From Octopus sinensis (Eukaryota), in contig NC_043026.1 of NCBI RefSeq assembly GCF_006345805.1, positions 3,534,001 to 3,598,000 on the forward strand: DNA of 64,000 nt. Direction: 5' to 3'. The stretch's first letter is position 1; each line of letters begins with the position of its first letter. Below are positions 12,801-24,000 of this stretch, piece by piece. A model generated the notes under the pieces. It made no database searches. It saw only the letters and a list, made by a program, of their open reading frames with translations, and had not been told where the DNA came from. The position numbers were made by a program, and so were the translations under genes.

Positions 12801-12927
12801 AAATTGGTGTAAACACGCCTGGCATCTGCTCGGAGTATCCTCTTGTGGGTTGATGTACCTATGCATTTCAAATCAGTTATCTTTTCATCAGTATCAATGT
12901 ATGACTATGTGTGTTTTCTGTACTTAC

Positions 12928-13012
12928 ACAGGATATCTGGTGGTGTCCCCACAACAAATTGTTTTCCAGTTTCATAGTAAATAGCTTGTTTGGCTAGTTC
13001 TGCTACGTGGGT
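12928..13012 (-). CDS. Carboxypeptidase gene 1 exon (85 nt, phase 0-1): THVAELAKQAIYYETGKQFVVGTPPDIL
   Basis: Acceptor ttatttttag, donor GTAAGTAC. Not in the ORF track; found by reading. Phases join the 15920 and 9390 exons, and it matches the helix/strand before Tyr248 in CPA/CPB. Confidence 0.9.
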
Positions 13013-13045
13013 CTAAAAATAAAATTTAAGCAATAAAAACCAATA

Positions 13046-13697
13046 CAGTTCTATATTTAAGAGACGTAGAATTATTTACATTTGACAGATATTTGTCCTC
13101 ATCTTGTTTGTTGTTAACACAACGTTTCAGCTGATATACTCTCCAGCCTTCATCAGGTGTCTTGGGGAAATTTTGAACCTGGGTTCTTATTCATCATCAT
13201 CATCATCATCGTTTAACGTCCGTTCTCCATGCTAGCATGGGTTGGACGGTTCAACCAGGGATCGGTTCAACCAGGGATCTGGGAAGCCAGAAGGCTGCAC
13301 CAGGCTCCAGTCTGATCTGGCAGTGTTTCCAGATCAGACTGGAGCCTAGGTATTTTTCAATGTTATTATTATTATTATTCAGGTCACTGCCTGGAATCAA
13401 ACTTGGTACCTTGGAGTTTGTAGTCCGTGCTCTTAACCACTACGGGCATATGGCGTAGTGGTTAAGAGCACGGGCTACTAACCCCAAGATTCCGAGTTTG
13501 ATTCCAAGCAGTGACCTGAATAATAATAATAATAATAATAATTATAACATCGAAAATTACCTTAGGAATGAGAACCCAGGTTTGAAATTCCCCCAAGACA
13601 TCTGACGAAGGCTGGAGGGTATATCAGCCGAAACGTTGTGTTAACAACCAACAAGATGAGGACAAATATCCGTCAAATGTAAATAATGTAAATAATT
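13046..13697. mobile_element. Head-to-head palindromic pair: tRNA-like head + (AAT)n + HHR-bearing PLE-type tail; a family-D SINE is inserted in the left arm
   Basis: Plus head 13445-13518 has A box TGGCGTAGTGG and B-box-like GAGTTTGATTCC. Mirror head at 13379-13444. HHR cores at 13602-13637 (+) and 13117-13160 (-). Confidence 0.7.
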
Positions 13698-14664
13698 GAA
13701 ACAGAAGAGATGGACATATATATATTAAAAAAGATAAAATGAACAAGCAAAATATGGTGTCCCTTTAGAGTGTGTAATTTATATTTTATTTTTATTTATG
13801 GGCCCTTTTCAAGCCTAGCCAGGCTCATGGGCCTGGTTTCCCTGTTTCTGTGGTGTATGTGTTCCTCCCAGCTGGACGGAATGCCAGTCCATCGCAGCGT
13901 TACTCAAGAAACAGGAAGAAAGAGTGAGAGAAAATTGGGGCGAAAGAGTACAACAGGGGTCGCCACCACCCACCGCCAGAGCCTCGTGGACCTTTTAGGT
14001 GTTTTCGCTCAATAAACACACACAACGCCCAGTCTGGAAATCGAAACCGTGATCCTCTGACCACGAGTCTGCTGCCCTAACCACTGGGCCATTGCGCCTC
14101 CCCATGTAATTTATAATTCAAACATAATTGCACAGTTGATAGAGTAAATAAAGGATTAACAATTTATGCATAAATTCTTTTACAGCTGTTTCTAGAATAG
14201 TTGTGCATATTGTGCAAATCTCATTGAGCAAAGATTTCCATAGGTGCAGGCATGGCTGTGTGGTAAGGAGTTTGTTTTTCCCAGCCACATGGTTCTAGGT
14301 TTATTCCTAATCCTTTCTACTATAGGCACAAAGCCTGGATTTTGTGGGGAAGGAGACAGTCGATCACATCGGCCCCCAGTGTTCAACCGGTACTTGACTT
14401 ATCCACCCCAAAAGGATGAAAAGCAAAGTTGAACTTGGTGGAATTTGAACTCAGAGCATAGCGATCAGGTTCAGTCTTGATGTGTGGCACCTTGAGAAAG
14501 TGTCTCCTACTATAACCTCAGACCAACCAAAGCTTTGTGAGTAGATTTGGTAGATGGAAACTGAATGAAGCCCATCATAAACATGTACATATGAGTGTCT
14601 GTGGTGTCTTTGCCTCACAGCTGGTGTTGGTGTGTTTATGTCCCTGTAACTTTAGCATTTCAGC

Positions 14665-15090
14665 AAAAGAGACCGCAGGAGTGGCTGTGTGGTAAGTAGC
14701 TTGCTAACCAACCACATGGTTCCGGGTTCAGTCCCACTGCGTGGCATCTTGGGCAAGTGTCTTCTGCTATAGCCCCGGGCCGACCAAAGCCTTGTGAGTG
14801 GATTTGGTAGACGGAAACTGAAAGAAGCCTGTCGTATATATGTATATATATATGTGTGTGTGTGTGTGTGTTTGTGTGTCTGTGTTTGTCCCCCTAGCAT
14901 TGCTTGACAACCGATGCTGGTGTGTTTACGTCCCCGTCACTTAGCGGTTCGGCAAAAAGAGACCGATAGAATAAGTACTGGGCTTACAAAGAATAAGTCC
15001 TGGGGTCGATTTGCCCGACTAAAGGCGGTGCTCCAGCATGGTTGCAGTCAAATGACTGAAACAAGTAAAAGAGTAAAGAGAGATAAATGC
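14665..15090 (+). mobile_element. Full-length family A SINE
   Basis: Head gcaggagtggctgtgtggtaagtagc, TA/TG middle, tail gactgaaacaagtaaaagagt. Confidence 0.85.
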
Positions 15091-15418
15091 AAGGCTTTAC
15101 AAAAAGTAAGGACTGGGGTCGATTTGTTTGACTAAAATTCTTCAAGGTAGTGCCCCAGCATGGCCACACTCTAATGACAAACAAGGAAAAGATAAAAGAT
15201 GTGAAAGCCAATGGAATAACTGGCTTTTATATGGAAATCTTTGCTCAATCAGAATTTTTTTCGGGTTGATTAGCCCACCCTGCTCAAAAGATCCCTGAAT
15301 ATGCTTTATTTTAAACTCCTATGTTTCCAGGGGTGAATTATTCAAATCTCAAAGAATTCCTCTTGACCTTTGAACACTAGGCGTCACCGAGGCAACGACT
15401 AGTGACCGTGACCTTTGG

Positions 15419-15735
15419 AAATATGCTGTGCTTGAGAAGACCCAGCAAGCCAAGTGAGACCATAACCTCGTGGCCTATGCCAGGGGTGTAACCAGCCCAC
15501 TTATGTGTACCTTTCCTTCATTGGACACTAAACTCTGCTAGTGAAGCCCTATTTGAGGCAAGTGAAATCGAATTTGATTTGATTTCAATTTCACTTGCCT
15601 CAACAGGTCTTCGCAAGCAGAGTTTAGTGTCCAATGAAGGAAAGGTATGCATAAGTGGGCTGGTTACACCCCTGGCATAGTCCATGAGGTTATGGTCTCA
15701 CTTGGCTTGCCAGGTCTTCTCAAGCACAGAATATT
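15419..15735. mobile_element. Long foldback (MITE-like) element with ~150-bp inverted arms
   Basis: aatatgctgtgcttgagaagacc...aagtgaaatcgaa / ttcaatttcactt...ggtcttctcaagcacagaatatt. Confidence 0.8.
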
Positions 15736-15919
15736 TTTTATATTCAGTTGTCTTGTAGCTTTGAGATTTTGATGAGGTAAGTATTAAATTTTAGAACGAC
15801 ATTGTAGGATTGGTGTGAATGGTCAGATCTGGCCAGCTCGAGCATAAAGCAGGTAAAATATTTTGGCTGGATATGGCCTGATTAAATGCAGGAGTGTTAA
15901 GAATTTCTGGGGTACTTAC

Positions 15920-16116
15920 CAAATGACTACTGTCCCTTGGCTTCTTTCTTTGGCATCCAAAAGGGGTGAGTATAAGTTGGGAGTAAGCATGCACAGAGAA
16001 AAATGCTATCTTGTTTCGGGTGGACCTAACCAATCTGGAAAGGTAGCGGGATTCAGGTTCTGAGAAAACTCCGCTGCCCCGGTATGTAGGATGACATGGA
16101 TTTGGACTGGCTCCCT
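15920..16116 (-). CDS. Carboxypeptidase gene 1 exon (197 nt, phase 1-0): (E)GASPNPCHPTYRGSGVFSEPESRYLSRLVRSTRNKIAFFSVHAYSQLILTPFGCQRKKPRDSSHL
   Basis: Acceptor tacatttcag, donor GTAAGT. Contains GAS..PC..TY.G...FSEPE and HAYSQ (Zn ligand His196). Confidence 0.95.
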
Positions 16117-16579
16117 CTGAAATGTAGGCACAGAGACAGGGAGCAAGAAATAAGCAAGCAAATAAGATACAGAGAGGGAGATAGGGAGGGAGAGAGAGAT
16201 TGACTGAGGGGAAACAGATGAACAAAAACAAAAAGGGAATAAACTCCCTGCCCCATACACCCACCCACCCACACACACACACACACACACATTGAATGCA
16301 ACATCTTTTAGGTCAAAGGAACTACTTAATCGGAGTTGAGGTGGGGGTCAACTCTGAGGAAGGATACGACGACCACAAAGGGTTGCAGAACACTACATGT
16401 CTCTGTTGTAGAAACTGTGTGAAGCTTTGAAACAGAAACACAGTGGTGTCCAGTTTTTGCAAGACGATTCACCAACATACACAGTATATGAAACTCTATG
16501 CAAAATACGCAATATATATATATATATAGATATATATATATATATATATATATACTGTATATATATATATATACTGTAT

Positions 16580-17370
16580 ATGGGCACAGGAGTGGCTGTG
16601 TGGTAAGTAGCTTGTTTACCAACCACATGGTTCTGGGTTCAGTCCCACTGCGTGGCATCTTGGGCAAGTGTCTTCTACTATAGCCTCGGGCTGACCAAAG
16701 CCTTGTGAGTGGATTTGGTTGATGGAAACTGAAAGAAGCCCGTCGTATATATGTATATATATGTATGCGTGTGTGTGTGCTTGTGTGTCTGTGTTTGTTC
16801 CCCTAGCATTGCTTGACAACCGATGCTGGTGTGTTTATGTCCCCGTCATTTAGCGGTTTGGCAAAAGAGACAGATAGAATAAGTACTGGGCTTACAAAGA
16901 ATAAGTCCCGGGGTCGATTTGCTCGACTAAAGGCGGTGCTCCAGCATGGCTGCAGTCAAAATGACTGAAACAAGTAAAAAGAAAAAGAAAAAAAAAGAAA
17001 ATACATATATTGTATGTATATATATATTGTATGTATATATATATATATATTATATATATATATATATATAAATAGATATAGATATAGATACTGTATATAC
17101 ATATTGGCACCTGTGCCAGTGGCATGTGTAAAAAGATTCGAGCGAGGTCATTGCCAGTACCGCCTGACTGGCCCCCGTGCCGGTGGCACGTAAAAAGCAC
17201 CCACTACACTCTCGGAGTGGTTGGTGTTAGAAAGGGCATCCAGCTGTAGAAACTCTGCCAGATCAAGATTGGAGCCTGGTGCAGTCATCTGGTTCGCCAG
17301 CCCACAGTGAAAATCGTCCAACCCATGCTAGCATGGAAAGCGGATGTTAAACGATGATGATGATGATGAT
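16580..17370 (+). mobile_element. Family A SINE followed by a family D SINE with (GAT)n tail
   Basis: Shared head, body and tail motifs with other copies in the window. Confidence 0.8.
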
Positions 17371-17415
17371 GATGATATATATACTGTATATCAATATATT
17401 ATTATGATTATTATT

Positions 17416-17971
17416 GAGTGAGAGAGCAGTGCATGCCATCAAAGTGACACTGGGGTAAAATATACGAAGCCCAGTATACCCATCATGACTACCCGTCTGA
17501 TAAGGGTACACCAGGCACATGCATCACAACCATACGTACGTGACATGGGGATTTCATATCAAGATAAACAGCACATAACCTTGCAGGTGGGGCCCAGTTA
17601 GAATTTTCTTCTGGTCAAGTAACCCATCCTGCTCAAAAGGTCCCTGAATAAGGGTTGTTTAAGGATGTTGAACAAAACACCCATGTTTCCAGAGTTGAAT
17701 TATCCAAACCCCAAAGAGTCCCTCTCAACGCATGGCTATGATGCTCCCCCACTACTTCTGCTTGTGATCAGAGATGCAAATATCGTCAGCCACCAAGGGA
17801 CATGGTCAACTGGTTAAGGTCAAACAACTGACAAGCAAATCTGTGGTATTGAGCAGAATATTTGCTGTAGCCCATCTTTTATACCAAGACAAAACAATGT
17901 ACATGACAACACTTCCAATCAGTTAAGATCAGAAGCCATAAGAGCCACTGCCTGGTACTGCATCAGGGCAT
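17416..17971 (-). mobile_element. ~555-bp interspersed repeat ending in (TAA)n; non-coding retroelement derivative, family not identified
   Basis: 3' end ...ctctctcactc-AATAATAAT. A partial second copy lies near 15260-15360. Confidence 0.5.
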
Positions 17972-17981
17972 AAAGAAAGTG

Positions 17982-18033
17982 TTCCCATGTCGGGAATCGA
18001 ACCCAGGCCGCCTGGGTGAAAGCCAGGAATCCT
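17982..18033 (-). pseudogene. 5'-truncated tRNA-Glu(TTC)
   Basis: AGGATT CCTGG CTTTCAC CCAGG CGGC CTGGG TTCGATT CCCGA C ATGGGAA matches the 3' ~52 nt of eukaryotic tRNA-Glu(UUC). The acceptor 5' strand and most of the D arm are absent. Confidence 0.85.
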
Positions 18034-18045
18034 TTATTATTATCC

Positions 18046-18082
<37 letters not shown>

Positions 18083-18332
18083 CATTATTTATTATACAAT
18101 ATCTGAATGACGTTTTTAGTGATCTAATGAACTTTAGTCTTGATCTGTGAACAATTAGTAGAACATTATCATTAAAATATCTATTTCTAGACTTCAGTAA
18201 TTGTTGCTAAGAGTACAAAACATACTCTTACATCCAATGTTGTTTAACCACATACCAACTCCTGCAACAATATTAGTAACCCCCAGCACAATAAGCAAAG
18301 CCCTCTACATCATTCTCAGTATGATTGAAGTA

Positions 18333-20558
18333 TAGGGTTGTCCGGAAAGTTCATGCCGATTTTTAAAGGAAAGAAAAAGGTCAATAAATATTTGCCATTA
18401 CATTTTTAATTAACCAAATATGAACCATTTTGTTGCACAATGCATCTCCATCTTTCCTTTAACTTGAAAATACCCTCTTCCCAGAATCGAGGTGTTTCAT
18501 GGCAAAGAATTCATCAAGGTATCTTTTTACGTCATCCAAGGAATTGAAGTTTCTACCATTAAGACTATTCTGCAGAGACCTGAATAAGTGGAAATCTGAA
18601 GGAGCAATATCTGGTGAATATGGAGGGTGGGGTAACACATCCAAGCCCAGCTGCAGCAATTTTTGTCTGGTTCCCAAAGCATCAAGTGCCGGAAATGAAC
18701 TTTCTTATCTTCCATTTAAAAGGGTTACAGAATTAACACAGGTTATAGGAACATAAACCTTCTTCCACGAAAAGATAGCTTAAACTGTGCTCTAAATGGA
18801 GGTGTAGTCAAATCCTATTTTATGGGTCTCCATCTTTCCTTTAACTTGAAAATACCCCTCTTCCCAGAATTGAGGTGGTTTCATGGCAAAGAATTCATCA
18901 AGGTATCTTTTTACGTCATCCAAGGAATTGAAATTTTTACCATTAAGACTATTCTGCAGAGACCCGGATAAGTGGAAATCTGAAGGAGCAATATCTGGTG
19001 AATATGGAGGGTGGGGGCAACACATCCCAGCCGAGCTGCAGCAATTTTTGTCTGGTTCCCAAAGCATCAAGTGCCGGAAATGAACTTTCTTATCTTCCAT
19101 TTAAAAGGGTTACAGAATTAACACAGGTTATAGGAACATAAACCTTCTTCCACAAAAAGATAGCTTAAACTGTGCTCTAAATTGAGGTGTAGTCAAATCC
19201 TATTTTATGGGTCTCCATCTTTCCTTTAACTTGAAAATACCTTCTTCCCAGAATTGAGGTGGTTTCATGGCAAAGAATTCATCAAGGTATCTTTTTACGT
19301 CATCCAAGGAATTGAAATTTCTACCATTAAGACTATTCTGCTGAGACCTGAATAAGTGGAAATCTGAAGGAGCAATATTTGGTGAATATGGAGGGTGGGG
19401 GCAACACATCCAAGCCGAGCTGCAGCAATTTTTGTCTGGTTCCCAAAGCATCAAGTGCCGGAAATGAACTTTCTTATCTTCCATTTTAAAGGGTTACAGA
19501 ATTAACACAGGTTATAGGAACATAAACCTTCTTCCACGAAAAGATAGCTTAAACTGTGCTCTAAATGGAGGTGTAGTCAAAATCCTATTTTATGGGTCTC
19601 CATCTTTCCTTTAACTTGAAAATACCCTCTTCCCAGAATTGAGGTGGTTTCATGGCAAAGAATTCATCAAGGTATCTTTTTACGTCATCCAAGGAATTGA
19701 AATTTTTTCCATTAAGGCTATTCTGCAGAGATCTGAATAAGGGGAAATCCGAAGGAGCAATATTTGGTGAATATGGAGGGTGGGGTAGTACATCCCAGCC
19801 CAGCTGCAGCAATTTTTGTCTGGTTCCCAAAGCATCAAGTGCCAAAAATGAACTTTCTTATCTTCCATTTTAAAGGGTTACAGAATTAACACAGGTTATA
19901 GGAACATAAACCTTCTTCCACAAAAAGATAGCTTAAACTGTGCTCTAAATGGAGGTGTAGTCAAATCCTATTTTATGGGTCTCCATCTTTCCTTTAACTT
20001 GAAAATACCCCTCTTCCCAGAATTGAGGTGTTTCATGGCAAAGAATTCATCAAGGTATCTTTTTACGTCATCCAAGGAATTGAAATTTTTTCCATTAAGG
20101 CTATTCTGCAGAGATCTGAATAAGGGGAAATCCGAAGGAGCAATATTTGGTGAATATGGAGGGTGGGGTAGTACATCCCAGCCCAGCTGCAGCAATTTTT
20201 GTCTGGTTCCCAAAGCATCAAGTGCCAAAAATGAACTTTCTTATCTTCCATTTTAAAGGGTTACAGAATTAACACAGGTTATAGGAACATAAACCTTCTT
20301 CCACAAAAAGATAGCTTAAACTGTGCTCTAAATGGAGGTGTAGTCAAAATCCTATTTTATGGGTCTCCATCTTTCCTTTAACTTGAAAATACCCTCTTCC
20401 CAGAATTGAGGTGGTTTCATGGCAAAGAATTCATCAAGGTATCTTTTTACGTCATCCAAGGAATTGAAATTTTTTCCATTAAGGCTATTCTGCAGAGACC
20501 TGAATAAGTGGAAATCTGGAGGAGCAATATTTGGTGAATATGGAGGGTGGGGTAACAC
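18333..20558 (-). repeat. Tandem array, 6 x ~384 bp, of an internally deleted mariner (DD34D) derivative; one TIR at the 18333 end
   Basis: Each unit encodes MEDKKVHF.HLMLWE fused out of frame to ..HPPYSP(D/N)IAPSDFHLF...KLKERWR. TA + TAGGGTTGTCCGGAAAGTTC terminus. Confidence 0.92.
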
Positions 20559-21052
20559 CGGTCTGGGAATCTAAACTGCGTTCTTACGACTGCAAGTCCG
20601 CTGCCCTAACCACTGGGCCATTGCACCTCCACGACTGCTGCTGCTGCTGTTGTTGTTGTTGTTGTTGAGTAACAAGATGGGTAAGGGTGATTAGGTGATG
20701 GTCTAGGGCTTAGGGGAGGGAGACCCCAGACCTTGGAAAAAAAAAAAAACTTTGGTTGTCTTGTTGTAGTCGATGGCTCTTTGTTGATGCCCGACACCAC
20801 TGGGAGGTGGCCCTCAAAGTCGCTGGAAATGGAGATCTCCAGGTCCAAATTCTTGGACGGCCGCTGGTGCTGCCGTCCCTGTTGCTTCTATTGTTACTGC
20901 CACCGATGACGATGATGACAATAGTGGTAGTAATGAGGATGATAGATTGATAAATAGGGAAAACAGACTAACAAAGAGACAGGTAGACGTGCAAACAGGT
21001 ACACAGGTAGGCAGATAAATAGGTAGACTAGTCAGAAAATAGACAAGTAGAC

Positions 21053-24000
21053 CAGTGCTTTTCAAACATTTTGCTGGAGCTGAACCCCAAGGAAACATTC
21101 CACTGGCTCGAGGAACCCCTGTGCAATAATTTAATAGTCTTATGCACACATATCTGCACAGGAGAATTAAGAATTACTGTCGATTTTAGCAGTTTTGTAA
21201 CTTCTTGCGGAACCCCTGCACTGTACTGGCTGAACACTAAGGTTCCACGGAACCCTGGTTGAAAACCACTGAGTTAGACTGGTAGTCAGTTAGACACTAG
21301 TTAGACAAGTGCTTTTCAAACTTTTTGCTGGAGCGGAACCCCAAGGAAACATTCCACTGGCTCGAGGAACCCCTGTGCAATAATTTAATAGTCTTATGCA
21401 CACATATCTGCACAGGAGAATTAAGAATTACTGTCGATTTTAGCAGTTTTGTAACTTCTTGCGGAACCCCTGGACTGCACTGGCGGAACCCTAAGGTTCC
21501 GCGGAACCCTGGTTGAAAACCATTGAGTTAGACACAGTCAGTTAGACACTAGTTAGACCAGTGCTTTTCAATCTTTTTGCTGGAGCGGAACCCCAAGGAA
21601 ACATTCCACTGGCTCGAGGAACCCCTGTGCAATAATTTGATTGTCTTATGCACACATATCTGCACAGGAGACTTAAAAATTACTGCCGATTTTAGCAGTT
21701 TTGTAACTTCTTGCGGAACCCTGGTTGAAAACCACTGAGTTAGACACAGTCAGTTAGACACTAGTTAGACCAGTGCTTTTCAATCTTTTTGCTGGAGCGG
21801 AACCCCAAGGAAACATTCCACTGGCTCGAGGAACCCCTGTGCAATAATTTGATTGTCTTATGCACACATATCTGCACAGGAGAATTAAAAATTACTGCCG
21901 ATTTTAGCAGTTTTGTAACTTCTTGCGGAACCCCTGCACTGTACTGGCGGAACCCTGGTTGAAAACCACTGATTTAGACACAGTCAGTTAGACACTAGTT
22001 AGACCAGTGCTTTTCAATCTTTTTGCTGGAGCGGAACCCCAAGGAAACATCCCACTGGCTCGAGGAACCCCTGTGCAATAATTTAATAGTCTTATGCACA
22101 CATACCTGCACAGGAGACTTAAAAATTACTGCCGATTTTAGCAGTTTTGTAACTTCTTGCGGAACCCCTGCACTGTACTGGCGGAACCCTGGTTGAAAAC
22201 CACTGAGTTAGACACAGTCAGTTAGACACTAGTTAGACCAGTGCTTTTCAATCTTTTTGCTGGAGCGGAACCCCAAGGAAACATCCCACTGGCTCGAGGA
22301 ACCCCTGTGCAATAATTTAATAGTCTTATGCACACATACCTGCACAGGAGAATTAAAAATTACTGCCGATTTTAGCAGTTTTGTAACTTCTTGCGGAACC
22401 CCTTGACTGTACTGGCAGAACCCTAAGGTTCCGCGGAACCCTGGTTGAAAACCACTGAATTAGACACAGTCAGTTAGGCACTAGTTAGACCAGTGCTTTT
22501 CAATCTTTTTGCTGGAGCGGAACCCCAAGGAAACACCCACTGGCTCGAGGAACCCCTGTGCAATAATTTAATAGTCTTATGCACACATATCTGCACAGGA
22601 GACTTAAAAATTACTGCCGATTTTAGCAGTTTTGTAACTTCTTGCGGAACCCCTGCACTGTACTGGCGGAACCCTGGTTGAAAACCACTGAGTTAGACAC
22701 AGTCAGTTAGACACTAGTTAGACCAGTGCTTTTCAATCTTTTTGCTGGAGCGGACCCCAGGAAACATCCACTGGCTCGAGGAACCCCTGTGCAATAATTT
22801 AATAGTCTTATGCACACATATCTGCACAGGAGACTTAAAAATTACTGCCGATTTTAGCAGTTTTGTAACTTCTTGCGGAACCCCTGCACTGTACTGGCGG
22901 AACCCTGGTTGAAAACCACTGAGTTAGACACATCAGTTAGACACTAGTTAGACCAGTGCTTTTCAATCTTTTTGCTGGAGCGGAACCCCAGGAAACATCC
23001 CACTGGCTCGAGGAACCCCGTGCAATAATTTAATAGTCTATGCACACATATCTGCACAGGAGACTTAAAAATTACTGCCGATTTTAGCAGTTTTGTAACT
23101 TCTTGCGGAACCCCTGCACTGTACTGGCGGAACCCTGGTTGAAAACCACTGAGTTAGACACAGTCAGTTAGACACTAGTTAGACCAGTGCTTTTCAATCT
23201 TTTTGCTGGAGCGGAACCCCAAGGAAACATCCCACTGGCTCGAGGAACCCCTGTGCAATAATTTAATAGTCTTATGCACACATATCTGCACAGGACTTTA
23301 AAATTACTGCCGATTTTAGCAGTTTTGTACTTCTTCTTGCGGAACCCCTGCACTGTACTGGCGGAACCCTGGTTGAAAACCACTGAGTTAGACACAGTCA
23401 GTTAGACACTAGTTAGACCAGTGCTTTTCAATCTTTTTGCTGGAGCGGAACCCCAAGGAAACATCCACTGGCTCGAGGAACCCCTGTGCAATAATTTAAT
23501 AGTCTTATGCACACATATCTGCACAGGAGACTTAAAATTACTGCCGATTTTAGCAGTTTTTGTAATTCTTGCGGAACCCCTGCACTGTACTGGCGGAACC
23601 CTGGTTGAAAACCACTGAGTTAGACACAGTCAGTTAGACACTAGTTAGACCAGTGCTTTTCAATCTTTTTGCTGGAGCGGAACCCCAAGAAACATCCCAC
23701 TGGCTCGAGGAACCCCTGTGCAATAATTAATAGTCTTATGCCACACATATCTGCACAGGAGACTTAAAAATTACTGCCGATTTTAGCAGTTTTGTAACTT
23801 CTTGCGGAACCCCTGCACTGTACTGGCGGAACCCTGGTTGAAAACCACTGAGTTACACAGTCATTAGACACTAGTTAGACCACGTGCTTTTCAATCTTTT
23901 TGCTGGAGCGGAACCCCAAGGAAACATCCCACTGGCTCGAGGAACCCCTGTGCAATAATTTAATAGTCTTATGCACACATACCTGCACAGGAGAATTAAA

